Shown here in pieces: positions 9,587 through 18,426 of a stretch of DNA of 64,000 nucleotides (positions within the stretch are counted from its first letter, which is position 1; every line of letters begins with the position of its first letter). The position numbers and the translations under genes are program-made. Location: the IMG/VR virus record IMGVR_UViG_3300050821_001527, positions 96,001 through 160,000 of that record, one strand, 5' to 3'. Under the pieces are notes generated by a model. The model was given only the letters and a program-made list of their open reading frames with translations, was not told where the DNA came from and ran no database searches. This DNA comes from a virus. Lineage: Duplodnaviria; Caudoviricetes.

Positions 9587-12166
9587 ATGGATAATAAATT
9601 TGGTTACGAAGAATCTCTGGAAGCCTCGATTTCTTACTTTAACGGCGATGAACTGGCCGCGAAAGTCTTTCTCGACAAATACGCCCTGAAAAACGAGCAG
9701 TCCGAAATCTTGGAGAAGTCGCCGTATATGATGCACAGCAGACTGGCGAAGGAGTTTGCCCGCATCGAGAAAAACAAATTCAAGGTCGCCCTCACCGAAG
9801 CTGAAATATTTTCGTTCTTCGACAGGTTCAAATACATCGTCCCTCAAGGGTCGCCGATGTTCGGCATCGGTAACAATTTCCAAATCATTTCGCTGTCCAA
9901 CTGCTACGTTGTGGAAACGCCGAGTGACAGCATCGGCGGCATTCTAAAGACCGACCAGCAGCTTGCTCAGATTTCCAAGCGCAGGGGCGGCAATGGAGCA
10001 TCACTCAATTCACTTCGCCCTTCCGGTGCGCCGACCAAAAACTCCTCCCGTTCTTCAACCGGAGTTCCGTCTTTCGCAGAAAGATACTCCAACACGATTC
10101 GTGAGATTGGACAGTCTGGTCGTCGTGGAGCCTTGATGCTTACCTTGTCAGTTCATCACCCGGACTGCTGCAAGATTGACGACGCCCAATGGGAATCTCC
10201 TAAGAAAATCGTTCTCAAGGGTGACGCCGAAAAACAGGAGCGCGACATTGTTACCGACTCCCGATTCTACGACGAGAACAACGTTGACTTTTGCTCAATG
10301 AAGTTAAACAGAAAGAAAGTCACGGGAGCAAATATCTCCATCCAGCTTTCGGACGAGTTTCTCAACGCCGTTAAGAAGGGCACAAAATACGAGCAGCGTT
10401 TCCCTCTCGACTATAAGGAGAAGGGTGTCAAGCCGATGGTATCGAAGATGGTTGACGCCCGCAAGGTGTGGCAAAAAATCATTCATTGCGCGTGGCAGTC
10501 TGCCGAACCCGGATTGCTTTTTTGGGATTTGATTAGACAGTTCAACGCGGTTGACTGCTATGCAAAACATGGGTTCGCCACGGAGTCCACAAACCCTTGT
10601 TCCGAATTGCCGCTCTGCATACTCGACTCTTGCAGGCTGATGGTGCAGAACCTATACTCTTACGTTCTCCATCCGTTTTCCAAAGACGCAAGGTTTGACT
10701 ACGACTTGTTCTACGCCCACGCGAAAATCTCGCAGAGGCTCATGGATGATTTGATTGACCTTGAACTCGAAAAGATTTATCAGATTATCGCCAAAATCAA
10801 GTCAGACCCGGAACCCGAAGAAATCAAGAGAGAAGAACTGACGCTGTGGGAAAAGATAGCTGAGAAATGTTCCTCTGGTCGAAGGACTGGGCTTGGCGTT
10901 ACTGGTGAAGGCGATGCCATTGCCGCCGTAGGTCTGAAATACGGTTCCGACGAAAGCATTAAGTTCGTGGAAAAAATCCACAAGACTCAGAAACTTGCCT
11001 CATTCGATTCGTCCTGTGAAATGGCCCAAGAGATTGGGGCTTTCCCTGTTTGGGATTGGGAATTGGAAAAGGATTCGGCGTTTCTTCTTCAAATCAAAAA
11101 GGAGGATGAAGCTCTTTATGAGCGCATCAAGAAATACGGACGCCGTAATATTGCGAACCTGACGATTGCCCCTGCGGGAACAGTTAGCATTATGACGCAG
11201 ACTACTTCCGGCGTAGAGCCGTTGTTCGACATTAAGCCATACGAACGCCGCAAGAAAATCAACCCCAACGACAGTTCCTCTAGGGTGGACTTCACCGATA
11301 CTAACGGAGACAAGTGGCAGAAGTTCGAGGTTAAACATCCCAAGCTCCAAATATGGATGGATGTAACCGGGGAGAAGGACTGGAAGAAGTCCCCTTGGTA
11401 TGGTTCCTGCGCTCCTGATATTGACTGGAAGCAGCGCGTCAAACTGCAAGCCGCCGCGCAGAGGCACATTGACCACGCCATTAGCAGCACCATCAATCTC
11501 CCGGCAGAAGTCACCGAAGAAAAGGTAGCCGAGATTTATCTTGAGGCTTGGGAGAGTGGGTGCAAGGGGATTACGGTTTATCGTGAAGGATGCCGTAGTG
11601 GAGTCCTTATCCGCAAGGACAAGGAAGAAGGCCCGAAGATTACCAAGACCGTAGCTCCTAAAAGGCCAAAGAGTCTGGAAGGAAAGCTTCACTTCTTCAA
11701 TTTCCGTGGCGACAAGTATTTCGTTGCCGTGGGGTTATTGGGTGGAACACCGTATGAAATCTTCACCGGATTCAACAGCGAGAAAAAGCGCGACTTTATC
11801 CCGAAAGACTGTAATACTGGGCAAATCAAAAAGCACCGCAGAGGGCATTATGTATTCGAGTCCGCAACGGATGGCGAGACGTATGCTCTTAACAATGGTC
11901 ACTCCGACGACAACGCCGACGCTTTGACCCGCATGATTTCTTGCAGTCTTCGCCACGGCAGCGACATTGCCTTCGTCATTCACCAGCTTGAAAAAACTTC
12001 CGGCGACTTGTCCTCGTTCTCGAAGTGCTTGGCTAGAACGCTAAAGTGCTACGTCGAAAACGGTAAAGAGGTTTCCGGCGAAGAATGTTCGGAATGCGGA
12101 AGCAAGCTCCACAGGGAGAACGGCTGCATTATTTGCAAGAACTGCGGAAACTCAAAATGTGGATAA
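9587..12166 (+). CDS. nrdJ: Class II (adenosylcobalamin-dependent) ribonucleotide reductase with C-terminal TSCPD and Zn-ribbon
   Basis: SNCYV, RRGA, TNPCSE catalytic motif, IAPAGT, TSGVEP, CKGITVYR, C-terminal CxxC pairs. Confidence 0.95.
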   Translation: MDNKFGYEESLEASISYFNGDELAAKVFLDKYALKNEQSEILEKSPYMMHSRLAKEFARIEKNKFKVALTEAEIFSFFDRFKYIVPQGSPMFGIGNNFQIISLSNCYVVETPSDSIGGILKTDQQLAQISKRRGGNGASLNSLRPSGAPTKNSSRSSTGVPSFAERYSNTIREIGQSGRRGALMLTLSVHHPDCCKIDDAQWESPKKIVLKGDAEKQERDIVTDSRFYDENNVDFCSMKLNRKKVTGANISIQLSDEFLNAVKKGTKYEQRFPLDYKEKGVKPMVSKMVDARKVWQKIIHCAWQSAEPGLLFWDLIRQFNAVDCYAKHGFATESTNPCSELPLCILDSCRLMVQNLYSYVLHPFSKDARFDYDLFYAHAKISQRLMDDLIDLELEKIYQIIAKIKSDPEPEEIKREELTLWEKIAEKCSSGRRTGLGVTGEGDAIAAVGLKYGSDESIKFVEKIHKTQKLASFDSSCEMAQEIGAFPVWDWELEKDSAFLLQIKKEDEALYERIKKYGRRNIANLTIAPAGTVSIMTQTTSGVEPLFDIKPYERRKKINPNDSSSRVDFTDTNGDKWQKFEVKHPKLQIWMDVTGEKDWKKSPWYGSCAPDIDWKQRVKLQAAAQRHIDHAISSTINLPAEVTEEKVAEIYLEAWESGCKGITVYREGCRSGVLIRKDKEEGPKITKTVAPKRPKSLEGKLHFFNFRGDKYFVAVGLLGGTPYEIFTGFNSEKKRDFIPKDCNTGQIKKHRRGHYVFESATDGETYALNNGHSDDNADALTRMISCSLRHGSDIAFVIHQLEKTSGDLSSFSKCLARTLKCYVENGKEVSGEECSECGSKLHRENGCIICKNCGNSKCG

Positions 12167-12168
12167 TT

Positions 12169-12372
12169 ATGGACGAGCAACTTACATTTCCCTTCGATAA
12201 AAAGGTATTCGCCACGCAATTCCTTAGTGGGCTTGATATAAAATGCAATTTATCGAAAGCACTTGGCAAGGCTTACTGCCCCAAATGCGTCATCAGGCAG
12301 GTAGGAACCTGTAGTTGCCGTTTCTGCATGATTTGCCCAAAGTGCGGCGGGCACATGGAAGAAATTACTTGA
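12169..12372 (+). CDS. Small Cys-rich (Zn-finger) protein
   Basis: CPKC, CSCRFC, CPKC. Confidence 0.55.
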   Translation: MDEQLTFPFDKKVFATQFLSGLDIKCNLSKALGKAYCPKCVIRQVGTCSCRFCMICPKCGGHMEEIT

Positions 12373-12401
12373 CTTAAACCGCAATCCGTGTAGAATAGTA
12401 T

Positions 12402-12602
12402 ATGAAGAAGTCATTTGATTACGCCATCGGCGAGACAGTGGAATGGAACGGCATGACGTTGGTAAAGACCGTTCAAGGCACGGGTGAATTGACCAACCAA
12501 GAATCGGAAGAAATTTGGAAGTGCAAGAAGTCGGGGAAGAAGTATTCCCCCGCACTCCGATTCGAGCAGGGGTTGAGTGGCCCTGACTTCGAGAGTTACT
12601 AA
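12402..12602 (+). CDS. Hypothetical protein
   Basis: ATG 5 nt after TTGACT-16-TAGAAT. Confidence 0.55.
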   Translation: MKKSFDYAIGETVEWNGMTLVKTVQGTGELTNQESEEIWKCKKSGKKYSPALRFEQGLSGPDFESY

Positions 12603-12617
12603 TTTGTTCTTTGTAAT

Positions 12618-13001
12618 GGGGACGTAATGGTTTCGACATTTATTGTTGAAAGCCGAACGCAAGCACGGGATGATTGTTGGCCCGTTAAAAATTCAATCAA
12701 AACATAAATGCTAACAAAGTAGCACTTAGAAATGCAGTTGACTGCGGAGTAGTTCGCGGTTTTGCAGCATTTGCGATGGCTTAATGCCGTCCCGTCCACC
12801 ACTCCGATTCTCGCTACGAGTGAATGGGCGTAAAAACAGCGGGAAAAAACCCTAGAGCCGGTTCGAGGGTAACGGAACCGGATATTGATGGTGAGTTTTG
12901 CTGCCAGTGTAGCCAATCAAGAATATCAAAGGCTGATAAGCTTGTAGTGTTTTTCTTGCAAACGTAAGTGGACGCGGGTTCAACTCCCGCCGTCTCCACC
13001 A
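12618..13001 (+). ncRNA. ssrA: tmRNA; tag ANKVALRNAVDCGVVRGFAAFAMA* (12710-12784)
   Basis: GGGGACG..TGGTTTCGAC 5' end, T-arm GCGGG-TTCAACT-CCCGC, G3:U70, ACCA end, 384 nt, Ala-Asn-initiated tag. Confidence 0.95.
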
Positions 13002-13006
13002 TTTTC

Positions 13007-13122
13007 GGGGCTACTGGTCAGACTTGATGAACGAAAGCTAATACCGACAAACCGGATTGCTAGAGAATAGCATTTACGCAGGCCGTCATTGAGGCACGGT
13101 TTAACTCCGTGTAGCTCCACCA
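13007..13122 (+). ncRNA. Mini-tmRNA-like RNA (116 nt) with short frame ANTDKPDC*
   Basis: GGGGCTA/TAGCTCC acceptor with G3:U70 and ACCA, stemless D loop CTGGTCAGAC, P2-like helix, T-arm CACGG-TTTAACT-CCGTG. Confidence 0.75.
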
Positions 13123-13123
13123 A

Positions 13124-13504
13124 TTACGCCTGCTGGTTTACTTCGACATTGACTCCCAATGCCTTCAAACGGCTGACGAGAGAATCAACTTCCGCGCTTG
13201 CGGCATCAGCGGCAGTCTTAACGGCTTGTTGGGCGGTTGCTTGAGCAGTCTGGATGGCATCCTTGGCCACCTGAACCGGCTGATACTTTTCCTGAAACTT
13301 GGTCAACTGGTGACTGGCAATGCCGATTAACAGCAGCTTCCAATTCGCCTGAGTCAAATCAGCCCCGCTGGATTCGATAGCCGCCTTCACTTGAGGGAAC
13401 AGCGCGGTCAAGGTCGTGAGCAAAGCAATAACACGGCCCATTGAAATGTTGCCTTCCCCGTCCCCAAGGCCAAGGGTGTGCAGAAAATTCTGGAGTGCTT
13501 TCAT
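13124..13504 (-). CDS. Holin-like membrane protein
   Basis: Two hydrophobic helices, ISMGRVIAL motif, GTGTAATA promoter 6 nt upstream. Confidence 0.5.
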   Translation of the reverse strand: MKALQNFLHTLGLGDGEGNISMGRVIALLTTLTALFPQVKAAIESSGADLTQANWKLLLIGIASHQLTKFQEKYQPVQVAKDAIQTAQATAQQAVKTAADAASAEVDSLVSRLKALGVNVEVNQQA

Positions 13505-13510
13505 ACCTTT

Positions 13511-13518
13511 TATTACAC
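13511..13518 (-). promoter_or_regulatory. Phage GTGTAATA promoter motif
   Basis: 6 nt upstream of ATG 13504. Confidence 0.65.
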
Positions 13519-13543
13519 TAAAAGTAAATAAAAATTCAATTTA

Positions 13544-13831
13544 ATGGGTCTATTAGGTATGGAACTTGATAAATCATCGGTGGCCGAGAAGGATATATTT
13601 AACACCTTGCTCGCGCTGAAAAGTGTGACGTTTTTGGAGGAAGAATCCGCAAAGCTTCTCCGAAAGATGGACAGGCTTGAAGTGAGGCGTTCACTGAGCC
13701 GAGATTATGCGGAAAGGGAGCGTCTCTTGGCGCAGATAGAATCCCACCTACCCCAGTTGAGAGTCCTCAAGGCCAGATGTGACGTGGAGTATAGAAATAT
13801 TACCAACCTGTCTCGCCGCAAGATACAATAG
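13544..13831 (+). CDS. Coiled-coil hypothetical protein
   Basis: ORF, operon position. Confidence 0.55.
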   Translation: MGLLGMELDKSSVAEKDIFNTLLALKSVTFLEEESAKLLRKMDRLEVRRSLSRDYAERERLLAQIESHLPQLRVLKARCDVEYRNITNLSRRKIQ

Positions 13832-13978
13832 TCGTGAAAGACTATATTCTGGTTCTTGAAAAGAAAAAGCGTTACCAATACGGAGCCTTCCCCCGCACGA
13901 AGGCCGGTAGGGAGAACGCGAAGAAATACGTGAAGAAGCTTAAAAAGGAACACAATATGGACTTCGTTTTGAAGTAAC

Positions 13979-14164
13979 ATGAAAGACCTTGACGACATTA
14001 TTGCCCTTTTGAACGACATCATTCTGGTAAGCCGCGTCCAAGATGCGAAGCTTGACCCCATGAGGCCGGGGGAGGGTTTCGTGACTTTTCATATCAAGCT
14101 GGTGCGAGACAGATTACAGGAGATGAACGCCGGTTCGGGCAATCAGGAGACGAAAACATGCTAA
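13979..14164 (+). CDS. Hypothetical protein
   Basis: ORF, operon position. Confidence 0.55.
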   Translation: MKDLDDIIALLNDIILVSRVQDAKLDPMRPGEGFVTFHIKLVRDRLQEMNAGSGNQETKTC

Positions 14165-14439
14165 CGGTTGGGGTAATCAGGGAGTTGAATTTCATGTCAG
14201 AGTTGACCAGCCTGCCGCTCAAGGCGGATTTGTGCCTTTCTGACGTTTTGTGCCTGACGGTCAATATATCGAATAAAATTCTGACCGTCCATCACGAAGG
14301 GGAACTCATTTGGGAGGAGTCCTTGGATGATGAATTTGGGAACTTTGGCATCGAATCCTGCCACCGTATCGCTCAAATTCTGCAAGCCAAACACTCCAAA
14401 AGTGACTATAAACACCTGATTTACAGAGAAAAATCTTGA
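14158..14439 (+). CDS. Hypothetical protein
   Basis: Overlaps previous stop. Confidence 0.5.
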   Translation: MLTVGVIRELNFMSELTSLPLKADLCLSDVLCLTVNISNKILTVHHEGELIWEESLDDEFGNFGIESCHRIAQILQAKHSKSDYKHLIYREKS

Positions 14440-14473
14440 CCGTAACGGAAAACTCGTATATGCTGGTATTACG

Positions 14474-15061
14474 ATGTCGTGTGAAAAAACTCTGATTGAA
14501 AGAATCCAGACTGGGAAAGATGAAAAAGCGTTTGAAGAACTTATGGAGTTACATAGGGAAAGAACGCTTGGCTCCATAAAAAGCCAATGCCGTTTCTCTC
14601 CGGTTGACCCAAATGAAGTCTGGAATATCGCGCTCGTCAAGGTCTGGAACTCAATCGGGGCTTTTCGAGGCGACAGCAAATTCAGCACATGGCTGTATCA
14701 TATTGTCCGAAACGTCATTTATAATGAGTGGGCCAAACTGAATCGAATTTCCCGCAACGAGGTTCATCTTGAAAATATTGACACTCAGACCAGCGAATTT
14801 TCCACGTCAGAAACCCCGTTGTCAACAATTTCCAAGGAGGAATTTCAAGCCGAACTGGGTAATAGAATTTGCGGGTTGAAAATGGAGTTGGGGGAAAAGC
14901 ACAGGAAGGTTTTTGAATTAGTGTTTGAACAGGGCAAGTCTTACTCCGAAGTCGCGCAGTTGCTTGATTGCCCGCGTGGAACCGTAATGAGTCGAGTCTT
15001 TGCTGTCAGGAGAAAACTCCAAGCCGCCCTTGAAAAATATGAACATATTACAGCTAACTAA
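14474..15061 (+). CDS. ECF-type sigma factor (RpoE-like)
   Basis: AFEELM, FRGDSKFSTWLY.I..N, GKSYSEVAQLLDCPRGTVMSR. Confidence 0.9.
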   Translation: MSCEKTLIERIQTGKDEKAFEELMELHRERTLGSIKSQCRFSPVDPNEVWNIALVKVWNSIGAFRGDSKFSTWLYHIVRNVIYNEWAKLNRISRNEVHLENIDTQTSEFSTSETPLSTISKEEFQAELGNRICGLKMELGEKHRKVFELVFEQGKSYSEVAQLLDCPRGTVMSRVFAVRRKLQAALEKYEHITAN

Positions 15062-15587
15062 CAGCCCCAGCCGAATCGTGGTTGATTACGCGCTTCCCAA
15101 TCTTCCCGAGGAAGTCAAGGCTGCGGTTGCCGCCCCGGAATACTGCTTCTATGTCATGGGGTTCTTGGAGGCGAATACTATGTATGATTTCTCCGCTCAA
15201 CAGCTTTACAAGAAAAAAAAGGACGGCATCGAGGCCACGTATCACACCGGGATAATATTCTTCGGCGACACGTTCTACCTTGAAGGAGCCAAAGACCTGA
15301 ACCTTATCTACCGCGCTGTTTTTCACAAGGGAGTCCTTGAAGAAATTGAATTGCATTCGGCGGAATGGTATGACAATTCGGAACGAAAGCGCACGATGAA
15401 AAAGGTCATCGCCCGAATCGAGAACAAGGGCAAGCTGGAAAAGAACTGTCTCTATCGCTGGCTCTACGTTCCCTATAAGGTTTGCGCGGACGTTGTGCTG
15501 AAACTTGTCAGAACCTTGTTGTTCCTGATTTTTAGCTGGATTGATTATGGGTTTCTGTGGCTGCACAATCTTTTGACTCCGCTGTGA
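15039..15587 (+). CDS. Hypothetical protein with C-terminal hydrophobic helix
   Basis: Start MNILQ at 15039. Confidence 0.6.
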   Translation: MNILQLTNSPSRIVVDYALPNLPEEVKAAVAAPEYCFYVMGFLEANTMYDFSAQQLYKKKKDGIEATYHTGIIFFGDTFYLEGAKDLNLIYRAVFHKGVLEEIELHSAEWYDNSERKRTMKKVIARIENKGKLEKNCLYRWLYVPYKVCADVVLKLVRTLLFLIFSWIDYGFLWLHNLLTPL

Positions 15588-15605
15588 AAATCCGTATGAT
15601 AGACT

Positions 15606-15830
15606 ATGGAAACCGCTCCTAAAATTAAACTCGATGAAATGGAAGAATTGAACTGTGGCTCTTGCGGCCATAACCGATTTGTCCAGAAGATTACCATGCG
15701 CCGAATCAGCCCGCTTCAAATGACCGCCCTGACCGGGGGCGCGACGGACGCGAAGATTCAACCCTTCGGAATCATCTGCTGCGACAAGTGCGGAGCCATC
15801 TACGAAGCTCCCAAAATCATCACGAAATAA
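15606..15830 (+). CDS. Zn-ribbon protein
   Basis: CGSC and CDKC. Confidence 0.65.
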   Translation: METAPKIKLDEMEELNCGSCGHNRFVQKITMRRISPLQMTALTGGATDAKIQPFGIICCDKCGAIYEAPKIITK

Positions 15831-15840
15831 GGGCAATCTG

Positions 15841-15848
15841 GTGTAATA
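15841..15848 (+). promoter_or_regulatory. Phage GTGTAATA promoter motif
   Basis: 6 nt upstream of ATG 15855. Confidence 0.65.
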
Positions 15849-15854
15849 GATAGT

Positions 15855-16442
15855 ATGCCCATCCCAACACCTAGAACCGGCGAGCAGCAAAAGGACTTCA
15901 TCAACCGATGTATGTCGGACAAGACCATGATGGGGGATTTTACTCAGAACGACCAGCGTTTCGCCGTGTGCATCAACAAATGGGAAAAGTCGCATCTGAA
16001 AGAAAACTCCACCGCTGGACTCAGCATTGACGCTACCCAGCCCTTCAAAGTCCAGTTTTCCATCGAAGCCTCAACAGGAACCGAGGTACTCGGAAACGTT
16101 CTTACCAACATCATCCAGATGCAGGAACAGTTCCGCCTTTTTCGTTACAACCATAAGGCCAACGCAAGTGTTCTGGCCGCTTACGACAAGATGGACAAGG
16201 AGCTTGGAAGCATGGTTGACTATTTCATTGATACCTTTGGCAAAAGTCTGAAAGACTCCGAAGTCGAAATCAATGTGCTGGATTTCAAAAGCGGCCTTGC
16301 TCGTCAAGCCGTTGCCCGTCAATACAAGGACTACATGGTAAATATTCCCCAATTCCTGTCCGTGGGGTATGCCGAAGTCTTAGCGTTCAGGGATAGGGTC
16401 GTGGATGACCTTAGCGAGCTACAAACACTTTTAAGCGCGTGA
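15855..16442 (+). CDS. Phage protein: MPIP.P..E...FI.RCM...QR.AVC N-terminal motif plus ferritin-like helical domain
   Basis: N-terminal motif recurrent in phage head-associated proteins. Confidence 0.55.
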   Translation: MPIPTPRTGEQQKDFINRCMSDKTMMGDFTQNDQRFAVCINKWEKSHLKENSTAGLSIDATQPFKVQFSIEASTGTEVLGNVLTNIIQMQEQFRLFRYNHKANASVLAAYDKMDKELGSMVDYFIDTFGKSLKDSEVEINVLDFKSGLARQAVARQYKDYMVNIPQFLSVGYAEVLAFRDRVVDDLSELQTLLSA

Positions 16443-16984
16443 AACTAACCGCAAAGCTTTGCACTATCCTTCTGCTATTTTTGGCCTGCCAGTCTTTCGC
16501 CGGGACAAACTCTTGGTTCACCACGTTTAAGCAAAGGGTTCTTCTCTCCACCAACCAGTTCTATGCCGCGAAGGAGATGACTTATGAAATCACTCCTACG
16601 ATTTCCGCCCCCTCTTTCTTAGGCAAGCCCAATTACACCATTGGTATGTCTATGGAATATGAGTATTGGCAGACCCCAAGCATGGGCACGGGAATGGAAA
16701 TCGGCACCTACGACTACAAGCACTTCGTTGACCATATTTCTGTGATGGAAGATTACCGTATCGTTCCGTTCATTTCCCCGATTTGGAACCGCGTGGCTTT
16801 GGAGGGCAAGATTGCCACCGAACACTTCTTCGTGGACAACTCCCACGACATTGGATTCGGCCTTGGAGTGGACTTTGCTTTCACCAGAAGGATTCGAGGG
16901 GAGTTCGATTTCATGCAGCATTACCGCCTAGATAGCTCGAAAAACGGGGCTACTTTAAGGGTGGGACTGCAATGGGTATTTTAA
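16439..16984 (+). CDS. Secreted outer-membrane beta-barrel-like protein
   Basis: Signal peptide, alternating strands, terminal GLQWVF. Confidence 0.65.
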   Translation: MKLTAKLCTILLLFLACQSFAGTNSWFTTFKQRVLLSTNQFYAAKEMTYEITPTISAPSFLGKPNYTIGMSMEYEYWQTPSMGTGMEIGTYDYKHFVDHISVMEDYRIVPFISPIWNRVALEGKIATEHFFVDNSHDIGFGLGVDFAFTRRIRGEFDFMQHYRLDSSKNGATLRVGLQWVF

Positions 16985-17006
16985 TTTGGATTTTGGATAG
17001 GAGGTT

Positions 17007-17014
17007 GTGTAATA
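17007..17014 (+). promoter_or_regulatory. Phage GTGTAATA promoter motif
   Basis: 6 nt upstream of ATG 17021. Confidence 0.65.
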
Positions 17015-17020
17015 TAGGTT

Positions 17021-17518
17021 ATGAAATATTTCAATAAATTCATTCTCGGTTTGGCCTTGGTTGCCTCGCTGTTCCTTGGTGTTGGCTGTGCCACTGGCCC
17101 TCAAATCAACCCAGCCTTGGAACAGGCCGGTATCACCACGGCTGCTGCCGTTGGAACGCAAATCGCCATTACCCCGCCAACGGGTAACGCTGCAAATATC
17201 CCTTATTTCAAGGCCGGGGAAAGCGCCCTGAACGTCCTTTCGGGCGAAACCAACCAGCTTTCCATCGCGGATATTACTGCCGCCTTGGATAAGGCCATCG
17301 GCAACAACCAATATGCGAATCTAATTGCCCCATTGGTTTTGAACATCCTGAACGCTGACTTGCAGAACACTGGCACCAACTCTGTCGTCCAGAACCAGCA
17401 ATTACGCGATGCCTGCGGTTGGATTGCCACGGGTATTGGTGAAGGTTTGGGCAACGCCAATCTGCCACCGGCTTCCGTCGCGCTCAAGTTGAGCCTCGTC
17501 AAGCCGAACAAGAAGTAA
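17021..17518 (+). CDS. Lipoprotein
   Basis: Basic N-terminus, hydrophobic core, lipobox LGVGC. Confidence 0.7.
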   Translation: MKYFNKFILGLALVASLFLGVGCATGPQINPALEQAGITTAAAVGTQIAITPPTGNAANIPYFKAGESALNVLSGETNQLSIADITAALDKAIGNNQYANLIAPLVLNILNADLQNTGTNSVVQNQQLRDACGWIATGIGEGLGNANLPPASVALKLSLVKPNKK

Positions 17519-18426
17519 TGAAAGCGTTGTGCTTGCAGGGTGGCGGTATCCTCGGATACGGCCAGTCTGTGATGTTGAGCGAGCTAGAGTCGGGGCTTAA
17601 CAGCCCTAGCTCTGGCTTGTTTGACATTATAGGGGGCACATCTGTTGGTTCTATCGTCGGAGCGCACCTAGCTCTTGGCATCCCCGCCTCTACCTGCAAG
17701 CAGTTCTTTACTACTCACTCTCCGCTTATCTTCAAGAAAAACTGGCTTTCGCTTATCTCGGTGTTATGGGGAGCTAAATACAATTCCTCAATTATCGAAG
17801 CAAAGCTTCAAGAATGTTTGGGTGATGCAACCCTTGCAGATTGCAAGACCAGATTTATCGCCACGTCCTACGATTGGGCAACCGACAGGCCGGTCTATTT
17901 CAAGTCGTTCGAGAAGTCTTCTGAAACGAAAGATTGGGTGGTCTTGGGCTACGATAGCCCGATAAAGCTTTGGCAGGTTTGCCGAGCGTCGTCAGCCGCC
18001 CAAACCTATTTCCCGGCCTACAAGTATCAAGATATGATTTTGATGGACGGCGGGAACATCGGGGATAACGCCTGTGACATGCTCGTTATCTCAGAGTGCG
18101 CTCAAATCGCGCCATTGACCGAATGGCAGGTTTTGTCGCTTGGGGCGGGTGATACCGTCTGGAAGGAGCGTCCGAGCCTCATGGTCAATCCTAGTGCGGC
18201 TGTAGCGGGTTTGGCAACCATCAAAATTATCTTTTCAGCCGGGGAGTCCTCGGACGTTTACAAAGCTTACCAAATACTTGGGGATAAAAATTACTTGAGG
18301 GTGTCGCCTGACTTGGGGAATGGCTATGCTATTGACGACGCTTCCGTGAAAACCTTGAACGCTCTCGGTGCCGCTGCTGACAAAGCAGGAATCTTGAAAC
18401 TGTTCAAAGACTCGTTCGGGGCTTAA
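17518..18426 (+). CDS. Patatin-like phospholipase
   Basis: GGG oxyanion loop, GTSVG nucleophile elbow, SSAA, DGG. Confidence 0.9.
   Translation: MKALCLQGGGILGYGQSVMLSELESGLNSPSSGLFDIIGGTSVGSIVGAHLALGIPASTCKQFFTTHSPLIFKKNWLSLISVLWGAKYNSSIIEAKLQECLGDATLADCKTRFIATSYDWATDRPVYFKSFEKSSETKDWVVLGYDSPIKLWQVCRASSAAQTYFPAYKYQDMILMDGGNIGDNACDMLVISECAQIAPLTEWQVLSLGAGDTVWKERPSLMVNPSAAVAGLATIKIIFSAGESSDVYKAYQILGDKNYLRVSPDLGNGYAIDDASVKTLNALGAAADKAGILKLFKDSFGA

Noticed and set aside
9587-12166. Self-splicing intron or intein in nrdJ (also checked thyA)
   Set aside because: Frames are continuous and of normal length; no intein terminal motifs
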